Assembly (NCBI RefSeq): GCF_000150275.1
Contig: NW_002060959.1
Span: 1,023,746-1,087,745, forward strand
Direction: 5' to 3'
Length of the DNA: 64,000 nt
Origin: Trichoplax adhaerens
Taxonomy: Eukaryota; Animalia; Placozoa
Shown here: piece after piece, positions 17,630-33,481 of the stretch
Position numbering within the stretch: the stretch's first letter is position 1
Layout: each line of letters opens with the position of its first letter
Translations under genes and position numbers: made by a program
Notes under the pieces: generated by a model
Databases searched by the model: none
What the model saw: only the letters and a program-made list of their open reading frames with translations
What the model was told of the DNA's origin: nothing

Positions 17630-20600
17630 ATGGCTTCACCACGATTGATATTGGACGGAGAAGATTTGCCGGAAACAGCTTTGACGGCAACTGCAGAAGA
17701 CCAAAAACGTATCAATCGATATGAAGGAAATCCTTGTGTCAATCTATTGAAAGAGAAATGCTGCTCAAAATCATGCATTCGAAGTCGACTTCCAATCGTC
17801 GAGTGGTTGCCAAAATATCGTCTCAGGGATCTACAATGTGATATCATTGCCGGTATAACTGTCGGTGTTATGGTGGTTCCTCAAGCACTAGCTTATGCTA
17901 ATGTAGCAGAATTGCCTCCTCAGGTAAGCATAAAAAAATGAGCAACAGGCAATTCTATCATTCCTTTTTCTGCCTCTCTAAATTAAAAATCTTCTCTATC
18001 AGGGATAATTTATTTCCAAATAGCAACTTTGTTTATGGCTGATACAATACTTTTAATAGTCTCAATTGATCAAAAATATTCCTTATTAATTATGAAAATA
18101 CGTATCATGGCATCGGCATGACCAAAATAAGATTTTCTGACTACGCTCACTAATTATCATTCAATCTATCAATATGATAAATACCTAACATTAAATGATA
18201 TAAATTTAAAGAATAACTTCTTCACTGACTCACGATATCGAAATGAGTTCGTTTCTAATGATTCTTTATTATTTCTTCCATAGACAGTTCTATACTTTCA
18301 TTTTGCAATGAATTAATGTGACTATATCTAGAGCGCAGCTTTCTGTTTAATTTCTTAATCATTTTATTCTTTCATTCTCCTTCAATAACCTACAGTAACT
18401 TGATCTTAACTTAGCAATTAAGGTGTCTCTCACGAGTGAGGATTGAAGATCTAGAAAGTAGCATTAATAATAAAGATTTATCGATAGCATTTATAATAAT
18501 GATACTTCCCCTATGCTAAATAGACGAAATTTGGCAGTAGATTATTCTCATATCACGTCTATAATCGATCAATTTCTACTCATCAGTCGGATTAAATTAT
18601 ATTACTGCTCTATACTTTTATCTGTTTAATTTACTTTAATCCAGCACTCATAAAGCAGAGCTTAACTCACAAAATTTCCGTACATGTATGGTTAGAGAAT
18701 AAATCATGAAGGCAACAGATAATTTTCCCTAACATGGTAGACGGCAATCAATAAGATCTGCTCTAGCGCTTATTTTTATGAGTCAGAGATTGAGTATAAC
18801 ATGATTAACTTTCACCCCTAAATGCCTTAAATGAATGCCGAAAACTGCTGACAAACAGATTTATCCTACTCTTTCTTGTTTGTCCAACAGTTACTTTATT
18901 TAAATTTCCAAGAATTCTAAAAGGAACGAAATACTGTAGACATAGATGTTCACATAGCCTTATCACGCTTTGAAACGTATAATTTATTTTATTATTTGCT
19001 ATTATTTGAGCCTAATATGCCAAAGATTATGCCAGACTCATGCTAAAGTCGGAATCAAGCTATATGATACAATCATTATAATAATTGCTTTCATTTGCTA
19101 ACTCTGAAAATCATTTCGGCAACAAGCACATTAATTCCTATGGCGAAAGCATGCAAAATTCGGTAAAGTAAATTAATGAGTTGGACCAATTTGAAAATCA
19201 GTAATACCATAGCCTTGCACCAGGAGAAAAATTATTGCTATACCTTCACTAATCAGGCTACGGAATAGCAGAAGGTATAGGACATGGTTATAATACACAC
19301 TTACGCGTAGACGCTCAGATAATAATAATTTTCACATATTTCGCAATCACATGGCTTAATAGGTTATTTCGAAGATTTTTATCCTTTCAAACATACAATT
19401 TTAAGAGTTCATATGCCATCTTCCAGTTTATCGCAGCAAATAAATTATGAGAACTATTCTTCTTATTTTAGAAATAATCCTTAACGGTATAGAACATCAT
19501 AATACAATCAAAATGATCAAAAAAGGCTTAAGGTTTCAAATCCCATAATACTGAGGTTAAATTTTCTAGAAATCCGCTCTAATCCTATAGTTGCTACCTA
19601 AGCCATATGTCGACTGATGACAGACTGATTCAATAACAGATTCTATTCTATGGTGTATGCTGTATTCTTTAAAGAATAACATAGAATAAGTAGCATCTTG
19701 TAGAAAAGGATAAATCTTAACTATTTTAAATTTATTTTTAGGAGTGTGAACTAAATTTATTGTAGAGCATGAATTATAAAAATTCTATGCTTTGAACTTT
19801 AGCTCATTTAAAATTACTATATTCGCATACCAATTCCAAATTTAATAGGCCAATTTTTCCTAACATCATGATCATGAATCCTTAATTTCGCTATTGAAAT
19901 ACAACGTAATTGATAGTTAATTATATGCAGTACAGGCATAATTCGTTGTTACTGCTAATCATGGTTAAGTTTTCAAACCTATTGTGTATTTTTGCTTCAA
20001 AGTTTGTTTCTAAAAGATTTTAACTATCATTTATTCATCGAATTAAATATAGCTATCAAAGTATGTATAAATCCGATCGAACTACGCAGTTTCTGGATTA
20101 AGTTTTTGATTGATCTAAGGCCTCTAGAGATAAACGTATTGTCATCAATAATTTAAAAAAATGCTTTATCTGTGCTGTTTAATAGATAAATTTTCTTAAT
20201 TTTACTCTAAATGCAGCTATCAAAGCACATCGATCTGCTACATAGTTCTGGATTAGTTTTAGCTATCTTGGACATCTAAAGTAGCTAAGCTATCAAATTA
20301 ATGAAATTATATTCATTGCATATTCAGAATAGCGTATCTACAGAGTTTAAAAGTAAAATCATTTGCGTTTTTGGGCTAATCACATTGCCTATTCGTGGAG
20401 TTCTAACTATAGAGCTTCTGAATCTGGCCTTAGCTAATTCTAGATAGATAGAAACTCTATATTTTCAACAATTTATAAACTGTGCCAGCCTAATATTCAA
20501 CACATTTTAGCTATACATTCAATCAACATATACTCTTAATTTCTTTATATAGTTAACTTTAGGATTAAACAGTTTTAATTAATGTTAGTCATTTTGCTGA

Positions 20601-23600
20601 CTTTTACTTTCTATTTATAATTTTAGTATGGTTTATATGCATCTTTCCTTGGTGTCTTCGTCTACTGTTTCCTTGGTACATCGAAAGATGTTACTCTTGG
20701 TCCAACAGCTGTTATGTGCTTAATGGTAGCTGAATATTCGCGAGATGGAGATCCTAATTATGCTATTTTGCTAGCATTTCTATCTGGAGTTATTCAAGTA
20801 ATAATGGGGTTCCTGGATCTAGGTAAATTACCTGAAATAGTAACATTCATGAACTAGTTTGTGAGCATTCTCTACTATTTCATTTTAGCATGCTATAATA
20901 ATTTCTATCACGGTTATCGATAGCGCAATAAAAATTTAAATAAACGTGATATGAGCATTACTTATCCTAGCAATGTCTTTATGAATATTTTCTTCTACTA
21001 CAGGTTTTGTAGTTAACTTTATCTCCGTCCCTGTTATAAGTGGATTTACGTCGGCAGCAGCAATTACCATAACCGTGAGTCAACTGAAGGTAAAATTCAG
21101 ACATGTCTAAATATAAGGATTTACTTGTAGGCAAAATTGAGTTCAAACTTATAAAATTTAAATAATATTTGGATATCCTGTAAGTTAATAAATTGAATGG
21201 AAAGCAAATATCCACGCTTATGGTATATTACCTTTAATATTGTAGGATCTATTTGGCTTGAAGGATATTCCAAGAGAATTTTTTGAACGCGTTTACACCA
21301 TTTGCGAGAAACTGCCAGAAACTAAGTAAATATTAATGCAGGATAGACTGCATAGTTCTAATTATTGTCATTCAAGTAATAACCTATTCAGAATTATTAC
21401 TCTAATGGATTCTATTTGATCTATTTAGACCATGGGATGCTTGTATGGGTTTATCCTGTATCGTTATATTATATATTCTCAAAGTATGTTAGAATAGTAT
21501 TAAACCATCTTCAGTTCATAATTATGATAGAGCTCATAAGTTAGTTAAATTATTCCAATGTAGATGATAACTAACTAGAAGCCATTCTCTTCTCGATCCG
21601 TTGCAGTATATGAAGGACTATGATTACAAAGACGAAAAATATAACTATGCACCACCAAAATGGCAACGTGGTTGTCGTAATTTTATCTGGCTAATTGGAA
21701 CAGGTACGACGATAAAGACTAGAAAAAAATATCATTTCTTCAAGCTCTAAATCAATTTGCAGACGTATATAAATCGTTTTTCTTATGTAATTATTCATTT
21801 TCAAGACAGTTACCTAGTAATCTCTATGATTCATACAATTTATCAAAAAATTTAACCGAAACAGCACTTTCCACCACCAGAAATCCATGTTAATAGTTTA
21901 CTGATAATATGAGTATTTAGTATCTAACTCAGCTGGATTCAAATCGCTATAGCCTTCATAACTTGACTTAAACATAGATTTCCCTTTAAAAATTATCAAT
22001 ATATACTAGATCTTACGTTTTCCTAGACACTAGATGTCAATTAAAGTCATTTCAAGACTTAAACCGTTTATTTAACGATTCGTTTTCTTATAGAGATGAT
22101 TAATTTGTTTTAAAGATTCATGCAGGTATTCTCGAGCATAAAACAATCCGGTATATCAATTTCAAGTATCATCTATATACTGCTTATTAGTTGCATGAAG
22201 CGCAATTTCTAATATCCAATTCATTTAAATTTTTAAATCAGTTCAGTATCTATAGTTTATATATGCATTTCTCGTTAAAAAAAGGTGAAGAATCTGAAAA
22301 TATTTAGATCTGCAGAAGGCTAGACTTTAGCTATGTTATAGTAGTTTGCGAAAAAAAGGAAAAACTTAGAATTTTATTCCTCAATATGACATAATAGAAA
22401 TTTAAATACACAAATTATACTTAAAAATTATATATAAATGCGATTTCTATTCTTACCTTATTATTTTCATCATCATATTCTAGCCAGGAATGCCTTTATT
22501 GCAGTCATCTCTGCTCTTGTCTGCCTAGTGTTGGCCTATCTTGGCTATCCAGAAGATACCGTGTCTTTAACTGGTCCCATCGTAGGCGGTTTACCTCCAT
22601 TTGGTCCTCCACCATTCTCAACCACTGAAAATAATGCCACTATAGGATTTGGTAAAATGGCTGAGGTATGCCATTTACTCACAACTAGATATCTACTATG
22701 CTATGATTATAAGTGTTATAAAATACCTTGTAATCAGTATGGAATCTGCATAAAATGTAGTAGTCGTAATAGACTTGAATAGAATAAATTTTTCTGCACT
22801 ATTACAGAATTTAAATGCTGGAATTATAGTCATTCCGTTAATTGGGTACTTGGAGAATATCGCTATTGCCAAAACTTTCGGTATATCCTATAATTATTTT
22901 TATCATTCAAGTTTAATTCAGACCTAATGTTTTCATAATATTCTTCTGTGCAGCACGAAAAAATAAATATAAAATTGATGCTAGCCAAGAACTTATTGCC
23001 ATTGGTTTCGCTAATGTTATCAGCTCATTTGCTGCTTCTTTACCTATTACCGGTAGCTTTTCCAGGTAATTAAGCGTTATTTGATAGCTTGATTACATAT
23101 CATCGCAATAATACGTTATAGCTACCGGTACCTTTCTGATCGAAAAAATTTTATTGATGTAAATAAGTTTTCCACACCGATACCTATTCTAATTACAGTA
23201 ACCTTTACTCATGTTGATGCAAAAGTAGTATATAATTTATACATTAAAATATACGAATTATAGCTGTCATAACTGTATAGCTAATTTAACTTTCTCGAGA
23301 CGTAATGACGTTAATTTCAAGTCTATAACGATCATTCATTTGCACCGTTAAACTCTAGGTCTGCAGTTAATTCCGCTAGTGGTGTTCGAACAACTCTTGC
23401 TGGACTTTTTACAGGTTTGTTGAAGATACAAATTCTATATCGGGCTACCATATCCAGTTGCGAAGTTGATAATTTTTACGTTTAATATCTATATCAGAGT
23501 AAATAGTCATAAATAATCGTTACAATCCTAAATTAACATTAACTTCTAATTAATATAATTATCGACTATGCCTATCAACTAAATGAAAAGATTTTTTTAA

Positions 23601-25613
23601 TGATAATTAACTAATTATTTTAATCATCAGGATATTTGATAACAATAAACACCATCATAACTAATTTTACCATTTATTAAATTGCTTAGGTGGTATAGTA
23701 CTTCTAGCATTGGCTTTCTTGACAAATTGGTTCTACTATATTCCAAAGGCAGCCTTGGCAGCAATTATTATCACTGCAGTTCTATCTATGATCGACTTCT
23801 CTATTGTCAGAAAGTTATGGCGAGTAAAAAGTAAATCGCAAACTACATTTCTTATTAAAATTATAATTTGGGATAATAAATTGTTATTGGTCTAGGTAGT
23901 AATAGAGCTTATTGCCACTTATTTTATATAGGACTGGATCTGATCCCATTAGCAGTTTCTTTTTTTGTTTCTTTTGTCGGTCTTGAAGTAAGAATATCAT
24001 AGAATAAGATATAAATATGATTATAGCCAAGTAAATGACTAACTCTGAAATATATTTTAAATGCTAGTATGGCATCTTGGCTGGCGTTGCTGTTTCAGTT
24101 GCATTCTTATTACATGCAGCAGCCTTACCTAGAATTGAGGTTAGATTTTGCTACCGGACAATTTCTGAAGACCGTAAAATTTAGATTAAATAAGATCAAC
24201 AATTAGCATTTATGTTTTATCATCTTTTATCAACTAAATCTTGAATAGATCTATTCTGTAGTATCCTTTCCAAAGACAGTAGTTCTTAGATTAAATAATA
24301 TTATGAGACAGGCTATCATACCCATCGTCATTTTAAAAACTGATTTGGGTGTAGATTTACACTGCTGTGTCATTTCTAAAGGCAACAAAATTTAAATTTA
24401 TGTAATATCAAGAAATGATATATTCTGAGATCCCGTATAGATTTAGGCTACTGCATAATTTGTAAATGTAATAAAATTAAGGTTAAATAGCATGAAATAT
24501 CATATTTTCTTCATACATGTATGCATCAGCGTCATTTTATCTACTAAATCCTTTAACATTCATATATTTTTCTGTTATGCGGTTATAGATGTTTGCTGAT
24601 GAAGTATATGTCCTGAAAATTAACGGAAATTTGAACTATCCAGGCGTTGAACGTTTCATTAATTATATTCAGAATAAAATATTTGGCAGAAAAGGTAAAT
24701 TCATGATAGATTAAAGCAACTAGATTTACCATATTAATTTGTAAATATTTACTCACTTGCATTTTCTTCTATGATTACCATAGGTGCTACGCGGAAATGT
24801 GTGGTTATAGATTGTTCCCATATTTTTATGATTGATTATACGACAACTCAGGGATTTAATCAAATTTTAGAAGAATTTAAGCGATTTGATTCTAAACTGC
24901 ACTTTGCTGAAGTTCATGTAAGTACTTTGGACAGTCTAAACTTTCTCTACGGATCTTTGTTTTATAATTTATGGAGAAAATAGTTAAAATAGATGTATAG
25001 TACAATTCAAAGTTAAGGCAATTTAATATCATTCCAATATCTACCTGAAACTGTTGATATGGTGTTGTTAACTTATGATATTCAAAGTGAATAATTGCAA
25101 AATGAGAATGCCTTAAAAGCATGGAATTTTTTGGAATCTTATTAATGTTAAATTCTCTTAATGTTAAATATATTAGTGCTCATAACAAATCCAATATTGC
25201 CTTATTCTAATAGCCTAGGATACGTCGCACTTTAATTGCGGCCGGGGTTGATGATGGAATTATTTTTCCCACCGTTGATGCTGCAACGAACGCCTTCTAT
25301 GGTAGGTTTAAGTAATGGGAAATTGCTTTTTAATCGCTTAAAGTAATAGTTGATCAATTGACTACTCCAAGTTAGTCAGTTCTCTACTTAATGCTTTATA
25401 AAGATAGAAAGATAATGTATAACTATCCATTTCAATTTGTAAATAGACTATAGCGCATGACTAATTCTAAGATTATTGCTTTGTAAAATCAAAAATTAAA
25501 TTGCAATAATGCTGCTATCAAAGAATCAACATTAATATATAACTGTTTTAACAGACCCTGACCGAGAACTGGAAGATGACAATCAATCTGATTTCTGCAT
25601 GACTTTCTTATAA
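17630..25613 (+). CDS. SLC26A11: SLC26/SulP anion transporter, SLC26A11-like, with STAS domain
   Basis: [35 protein letters not shown]|[19 protein letters not shown]; [11 protein letters not shown]; [32 protein letters not shown]; [14 protein letters not shown]; STAS motif [14 protein letters not shown]. The last exon (25556-25613) is less certain. Confidence 0.9.
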
Positions 25614-28343
25614 TAAGAATTTTAATCTCATTTTTATTTTATCGCAAGATTAAATAGCTTGGATAGAAAGTGAAAATTTGGCTATAAATCAAATCTATTA
25701 TTCTATTGTAGTCATTTTTAAATTTAATTAAAGAGTGCGTTAGCTTTACAATTGATAAGAACATTTCTCATCTTTACTCGTCTCTCATCATTATTTAATT
25801 ATACTAAGATTAATTGTTATCATAAAGCTATTGAATATGTTGCTGCAGCTTAGATTTTATTTTCTAGTTTATATAAAAAAGGACGATTTTAACTCTAATA
25901 TCACTATCGGCCTACAATGGATCCTATATCATTTCTCGACATTGAATTTCTTTAATTTATATTACTATTTCAGCAATTTTGATAATCAATTGCATTATGT
26001 AAAGCCTTTACTTATTAATTTTGCCTGTAGTTCTATTCGGAGTTAATCTCAATCATCATAATATCGTCCTTTCAATTTGTAAAGCAAACCATGGATATGA
26101 GAAAACATTTCCATCATTTTTAAAATTATAGCTAGTAAAGGTAATAAAATTAAATAAGCTATCAATGCTATATATCCATACTTTGTCCATTATTAGTAAA
26201 ATTTACAGATGCGCTTTAGAGCAATTTAGAGTTACCACTACTGGAGATGATAGAATTTAATTAATTAATAGCTCACTGCGCTATATGTTAACAAAATAAG
26301 CATGTAAAATAACTAAATTTTGCAAGACTATCATCTATATCAACTCGACTAAACGGAGATGACTTGAGAATAATATATAATTTATATTAGACGAAACTAT
26401 ATGATTGATTGGCTTCAAGACTATCACACGACTCAATCGATAATGCTCGTGTATTCCATTACATCACCTACAAATTAAATTAAATTATTATATTACTTGT
26501 CGATTCGTAGATATTTACTAATAGAGTAGCAATAATGTTTATAAATTAATTTATTTCATTACTTCGAAAGCTAACATAAATGCAAATAGGTTTATGTAAC
26601 TTTACGTTATTTCTTACATAAACCAAAAAATTGATACCGCCATTACTATCTTAAATTACCGGCAATGCTGATTATACTGTACCCGTATTTGCATTAATTT
26701 TTACATTTATGAGAATAAAATAATAGATTACCAATTTATTAGATTTAACTCAATATTTATTTGGTATTTTAGAGTGCACGAATAGTGCAAATGTTAGCTT
26801 AAATCTCCGATACTTGAGCGTTCTATTTTAATTTTAATTGAAACAGAATACATAAAATGGTGAGCATCCTTCCATTATAGACGATCTACTGTATTGTAAT
26901 TTTCATTTTGTATTTCCTACTAGTACACAATAGAATGCAAATTTTTACTGCTTTAAAATACTTTACAGAGAAAAATAGGTTAAAGCTGGCAGAGAAACTT
27001 CATCAAAACTCCGTTAGATAGAATAAATTAAAAATGTCGCATTTATTATTTAGTGTATGGCATACATTTAATTTTTGCAACAAGATTTATTGTTATTCAA
27101 TGCTATAAAGATCTTTACTAGCATACAGTATAGCTCAGAATAAGCTATGAAAAATTGAGTTTACTAACAATAACACGCATGATAGCTATTTCACTTTGTC
27201 TAACAACTCAATTTTGTTATCTCTCATTTAAACTTATCGAAATATTAGCATAAGAACATAGTAGTAATACATTAATTATGAAAATCTCAAGGCAAACTTT
27301 CTTGTTTTTTCTGAACTTTACTCAGTTATTTAATAAGATGTATCCTTGTAATTTATTTGGCACGTTATCAAATAGACATAAACTGAAATACTGAGCTAAA
27401 TCTATTTTACAAGGATAATATGTTAGCCGTAATAAGCATGTTTATTTCTTATGATAATATGCAGTAACGCTTAGGAAAAGATCAGTTTATACAATCTCTT
27501 CACTTTCTATATAACATGGAAAAAAATCTGCTAGAGTTAAATTTTTGGATAATTCTGTACCATATTATAACTGCACTAGGTCCTTAAATATGGTCTATAA
27601 TATCAAAAGCATTATTTTTAAATAAAATAATTGATTCAAGATAGAAAGACAACACACAGAACCTATTGTAACGACCTTATATGACTTTAAACTTTATATT
27701 GGTTAAAGTAATTTACATAACAGTTGATAGCTTATGATTTTCCACTATTGTAACTCTCTAGGATATTATATCACTTGCAGTACGGTATATACTGTATAAT
27801 TTCAATATTAAAATATTAGATTAATTTCCTCAATATTTAACTTAAGTATTATAGTTCTTTCAGTAAAATAAATCCTAAATGGTTAAATTCAACAGCATTC
27901 TCAAGGCGATGACATATTAGTATACAAAACTTGTCAACTATTTGTCACATTGAATTCGTTATCGCTATATTAATAAACTTACATTTAATTAGAAAATATC
28001 TATTGTGAGAATATACGAAGCAATAAATTAAATTTTCTCATTAACTGACTTCAAAGGACGATATTCATATTGATAATTCCGGTATAACACAATAAGGTAT
28101 CCAGTCCATGTGGTACCCTCAAGTATAATAAAGTAGCAAATTCCTGACTCAAATAGAACTAAATCATTTCTTTCAAGTATAAGATCAAACTAATCCAGCA
28201 ATCATGATCAAGAAATTATAACATTTTTTCTAGTCTACAGATACGGTTTCAAGAAAAATTTTTGAATAGATATAATTATTGCAATCAGATCTATACTATA
28301 CGAGATATGTAAGCGATTTATAACTTTCGAACGTATAATACAA

Positions 28344-31300
28344 TTAAGGATTATCCCGCCGTGTAAATTTGACGTAAAATTCTTTATCAGGTCGATAAAC
28401 TGGTAAAGTTTTGTATTTTATATTGCAAACATCGGACTGGAATTGCCAATCGTAATTTTTGATTACATAAGAGATAGTTTCCTAAATTATTAATTAAATA
28501 TAAACATACTTTTCTTTCGCTTGATAATTATAAGTGAAATACGAACATTTTAATTATTACTCATACCTGTAACATCATTTTCATCAGCGTTCTTCCTACA
28601 CATGCACGGCGACCTCCTCCAAATGTCCATATCTTTCGGTTGTTAGAACTGAATCATGATTTTAAAGTGTTAGAATAAAACAGTTGATAACAACCAGATG
28701 TAATTCCTTCCTATTTCTTAAATGTATACTATTACGAGATTAAAATACAAAACATCTTATATTATTTACTCATTTAACCAACGTTCAGGTAAAAATTGAT
28801 CGGGATTGGGAAAAGCAGCTGGATCACGATGAGCTGCATGAGTTAGATATAAAAGAGAACACCCTTTTGGTATTGTAAATCCACTTATGACACCACCCTA
28901 ATAATGAATAAAAAATTATCAACATGTTCATTAGCATTCTAGTCAGGATGGATTTATGTATAAGTAAATACGGTATCTATGTCCTTATAGTAATTACTAA
29001 ATATAGAAAAATTTTCAAATGTATCAGCGCATTTAAATTAAGATGAGTTTCGCACTGTAATTTAAAATAAAAGTAACTCATTTATTCTAGTTGCCATCTA
29101 TGAAGAGCCGTAATATCTCTAATTGATACAAGTTATAAGTAACTTTTGATCAATATGTAATGACAGTATTTCAAATAAATTAGCCCACTGACATTAATAC
29201 AATTATCTTACTTTAATACTCGTATATTACAAAAACAAATTAGTCTACTTCAGTTGTCTACATAAAATCCGTAAATATCTCAAACTAATGTAAGTTAGGC
29301 TGTGTATAATTTGCCATCGCATAGTATAGACAGCATTTCAAATATATCAGTGCATTGATATTAAAATAAGTATTTTGCTACAATATACAGCAAGAAACAA
29401 CTAATCAATTTCAGCTGTGCGCTACCAAAGAATTATAAATATCTCAAAATTGATATACGTTATAGTTAATTTGATATTAAGTTGCTAATTAATTTATTGT
29501 ATAAATTAAAAAATCATCAAATTAGATTCAGTAATGATCAGTTTATAATCAAGAAGGGTGATAATCTAGCTAAATGAAATTCTTGTAAGTATTTTAAGGC
29601 AATACAAGGGGCTAGAGATTAGTAGCCCTCTATCAGTAGAAGCTAGTGAAAAATTTGATAACAGCTTTCAATTACTATATTACTGAAAGTATTGGCAGAA
29701 CATCAAATCAACTAACAATCCTAATCTGTTAGCCTCGACAATAAAAGTTGCTACTAAAAGTACTAAGGCTTCAAAAATTCGTTGGTTCTATATGACATAC
29801 CTTAATAGCTTGCCTTTTACCTCCAATAAATGGCGGATGAAGTCTTTCTATTTCAGTCGTGATAGCATTTAGTAAATCTAAATCATTACGAGCTATGTCA
29901 ACATAACGAGCCTAAAGGGATATAGTTTATATAATTATATCAAAACGCGAATTTGTTGTAAAATTATTTTATGTTCAAACTAGATTCATGTCGGAACGTA
30001 CATGTCCAGTTTTACCAAGTTCGATAAATGTGGAAGCTAAGAGCGATGCTACAGCTTTAGGAGGTAAAGCCGATACAAATAGCAATATGTGGTTTCTCAG
30101 TTCTTCCCTAGACTTGAAGCCGGCATTGGATATGGTCTGGTTGAATCTTTAGCAAAGGTATAACATTGGATGAATACGTAGAGCGTAACCATAATAGTCT
30201 AACTATTCGTACATGACTATAATGTAAACATACTCATTTTTATCAAATCTACACAGTAATTCTTCAATCCTATCTATTAGCTCATCCTATATGATTCAAT
30301 ATAAAATAGAAGTTATTATTCTTATATAAAGTGCGTAAATGACAATCCATATAAAAACGTTAAGTGATATTAAGCGATGTTTAGGGTAAGCTGTTCTATA
30401 ACCTTCGCTTTAATTGCTTTGCCAAATGTTGTAGACCATCCAGTAAAACTTGCGCTTACAGGAATAGAAATCAAGCCTATAATGGATCGTCACGTGTATA
30501 TCGATATATGTTTAATAATCAACTTAGAAATGAAATACCAGTGCTTTATATTTTCTTTTCGGAATAATTACTTATAATTCTACACTTATATATCAATATA
30601 TTATTAATAATTTAGAAATGGAATGCTAATACATTATCTATTCGGCAATAATTACTTGCTATTTCTACATTATAAATGGAACCTATTAAGAAAACTATTT
30701 GATACTACATGGGCATTACTGTGATACAATCATAAAAGACTAAATTTGCATTTATTATGTGAGAATAGAATGGAACGATCATTTATTAAAACTTTATATA
30801 AAATTATTAAAGTTTTATTTACCGTGCCAATGTTCCGTTGTTAACTCAATGATACTATCAATTTCGTGAGTTGATCCAGGATCCAATCCAAGAAATAAAC
30901 AAACGGTAATATAAGAAGCTACTTGCTTGAATTTGGTATACAATGGTACTTCTTTCCTAAGGATTATATGATAGTCGATAATATCAGCTATAACTCAAAC
31001 TTTAACCAAAATCATTAATTTATCATTTAGAAACAAGTGTTTATTATCTACTAATGTGAAAGGAATTGCTAACATTACACGGGTGCTAAACTATTCTTTA
31101 ATTTTTTTTAGCAACCAAGTTGAGTTATGGCCATCAAAATAAAATCTATGTCAGTTGAATGATATACTTGTAACTATGACAGTTTATCTCGTCTATTGTT
31201 CTCTTTGATAAAGAAATACTATCAAAGCAACCTTATTTTACTTCTGTACTCGTAATTATGAAAAGCGACAGCTCAGCCGATTTACATTGGCATCAAGAAA

Positions 31301-33481
31301 GCCTTAAATTATACCATTAATTTTGCAATCAATGCTTAGTTCTATATTACAATGATATAGAAAATATTAATTAAAGATGAAATTTCTGTTTCTACAATCG
31401 AGACAACAATAGTAGTGTGCTCTAAGCAAGCAAAACTACAATATATCGAAGTTAACTGAGAGCTTGAATGCTTGTTATAGAGGTTGGTCCATTGTAAACA
31501 ATCATTGCAGAAATATCATTCTATAATACCGCAGTTCAACAATGGACTGGCGAAATATTAGGGTATTGTATTAGAATTTGGTAAGTATAGAAATTGATTA
31601 ACATAATTTGTTATTGCTAACAAATACTAACAATTCTAATAATTGATGACAACAATCTATATTATTCGCTATCTTACTCATGTTCGAGGCTGCCAAGGAG
31701 ATTTTCTAATATCCTAACAAATGAATAAAAAGTTGATAATTAGAAGGAAACGATGTCATAACATCTGTAAATGAAGAGTATTGAAAAATAACAGCAAAAA
31801 GTAACGGCAGAAATAGATCAACAATTGCTGATTGAATTTTAGTGATACAGCACTGAAAGAGTAGATGATTTGGACACAAAGTACACCAGAATGATATCCA
31901 AGCAAAGAAACAATAACGAAAAAAATTGATGTTTCCGATTATCATTTCGACTCTACATTAGTCTACCAAATAAAAGGATTTATTACCAATTCTCATATAT
32001 ACGTACTCTATCTTATTTTGAGTGATATCTAACTTAGCTACACTAAAGTATAATTGAAATAAATTTGAGTGCAATCGATTCTTTAACTTACTTATGAATC
32101 ATAGGGCCACATAACCTAGCTAGTTGATCAGGATCTAGACATTTGCCAAGTACAGCTTTGACTCGAGTAGCTTCTTTATCTGTAATCAATTCTGATGTTA
32201 CTGTACTTTATTAAATAAGCGATTTTTGAATTATTCTATCAAGTTCAAAGCATTACCAAAACTAAAATCGATACAGCATGTAAAATTAATAACTCGTAAG
32301 AATTGCCAAAGCAGTGTAATATCGGTAGCAAAATAACATCGTTACTTTCTTTAATGCTATATTAGTACAAGATTGCATTCTTTCAGTAGTCAATGGTTAG
32401 AATAATAACTTACAAGGAATGTACAGAAATAAAATAGACCTAACATATAATCGATTTTCTTATCAGCCTGATTGTATTATCAAACTCTCTTACGCCTAAA
32501 TTGATTTATCTTACGAAACTATTGATAATACTACCCATGTAGATCAAGTCAATGTGATACTAAAAGAATTATCGTATGAAGAGACAACGAAGCTATTAAA
32601 TTTTTAATTTTAAAAATTATTGAAGTACGCCAAGTGTATATTTTAAATCTACTACCCTGACACATATTGTACTAATATCTATGTTATGACCCTTTTACAT
32701 TCAGTTAATTAATGCTGGCTTAATACATAACAACCATCATCTTCAATATTATGATCCAATAAAATGTAACTTAAATATCTTATCACGCTACTGCTTAGAG
32801 ATATAGCATGACTTGATGCAAGTTATTGCGTAGATCGTATGAAATTGGCAAATACCGTCATAAAATAAAATAATTATTATTATTCAAAATAGTGATGTGA
32901 TTGCCTTGGACGTTGATACGGTCTTATCAATTCTACCGTTAAGGCTGATTAAACTGGTATTAGCAGTACTAACAACTTAATTTAGGATCAAAATTGAAGG
33001 CATTACTAGCATTAATCGTCAATTGAACTAGCTGGTTTATGTTACCGTTATAATGCAAGATATTTTCTCCCCATAACGCTTTATAACGATACTCCATATC
33101 ATAAGTACCATTTGTATCTAAAAAGAAGAAGAAAATGAATAGATCAGCATGTGTTGTTAACTGCATTTTTAGTTTTCCTTTTTATTGGTATCAATAATAC
33201 TGTTAGGCAGGAAAATCCGTTTAATGATTGCAATAAGATGGTACACCTAGCAAAAAGTAGACTGATCAAAAATAATTCTAGCCACTTTTCTTACCATTTA
33301 GTAATTGCTGCACTGCATCATACGATGCAAGAAAGATTGTCTGCCGATTGAGTAATCTACTCTGGAATATTCTACCATATTTTTGGATGTGGTTATTGAC
33401 AAACTTCAACGAATCATTAGCAAATTCTAAACTGCGATCACCAATAATGGGCATGCCAATATGACCGGGAACTTTAGCCAT
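28344..33481 (-). CDS. Cytochrome P450, CYP26/CYP120-like (possibly CYP16-type), multi-exon
   Basis: N-terminal PGHIGMPIIGD hinge and KYGRIFQSRLL; ExxR (TEIERLHPP); FLPERW; heme motif FGGGRRACVG near 28590-28625; final exon ...LPVYRPDKEFYVKFTRRDNP*. Confidence 0.92.

Noticed and set aside
20050-20260. Short diverged intronic repeat (AGCTATCAAAG..TTCTGGATTA twice)
   Set aside because: Real but small and degenerate, with no sign of function.
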